From assembly GCA_003427395.1 (NCBI GenBank), contig BFEA01000041.1, positions 4,016,461 through 4,080,460 on the forward strand: a DNA stretch of 64,000 nucleotides. Reading direction: 5' to 3'. Below are positions 63,923-64,000 of this stretch, in pieces; position 1 is the stretch's first letter; each line of letters begins with the position of its first letter. The notes under the pieces are model-generated. The model ran no database searches and was not told where the DNA came from. It was given only the letters and a program-made list of their open reading frames with translations. The stretch comes from Chara braunii (lineage: Eukaryota; Plantae; Charophyceae). Position numbers and translations under genes: made by a program.

Positions 63923-64000
<78 letters not shown>

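Larger units (their letters stand above)
55907..64000 (-). mobile_element. Large TIR DNA element (one end seen) carrying a ParB-like / MTase-like / Ulp1 gene
   Basis: Terminus aacagcgatttcgtcaaaacggacatat matches the MITE TIR at 26324; abuts (GA)n. Confidence 0.7.

Overview
Repeat-rich eukaryotic genomic DNA. Its style (long microsatellite-rich introns, plant-type U6/28S fragments, plastid-type ACP) suggests a streptophyte alga such as Chara; that host call is inference. One clear host gene is present: a spliced plastid-type acyl carrier protein (~41075-46833, +). The rest is mostly nested, decayed transposons. There are three large minus-strand L1/Tx1-like LINEs (one with the whole RT domain deleted) plus smaller fragments. 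There is a Ty3/Gypsy element with a PHD finger in front of its integrase and extra ATGA-coupled ORFs, and a two-LTR chromovirus carrying three TIR insertions. Several MITEs, a 28S rRNA fragment and a U6 retrocopy also occur. The most unusual item starts at 55907 and runs off the window. It is a large TIR element whose terminus matches a MITE at 26324-26688 (AACA...TGTT ends, 4-bp TSD). It carries a frameshifted giant minus-strand gene that reads: unknown domain, ParB/DGQHR-like domain, beta-class N6A/N4C DNA-methyltransferase-like fold with degenerate catalytic motifs, unknown domain, Ulp1 SUMO protease. A Nextera junction adaptor at 55796-55822 is an assembly artefact. All domain calls are by-eye motif recognition; no searches were run.
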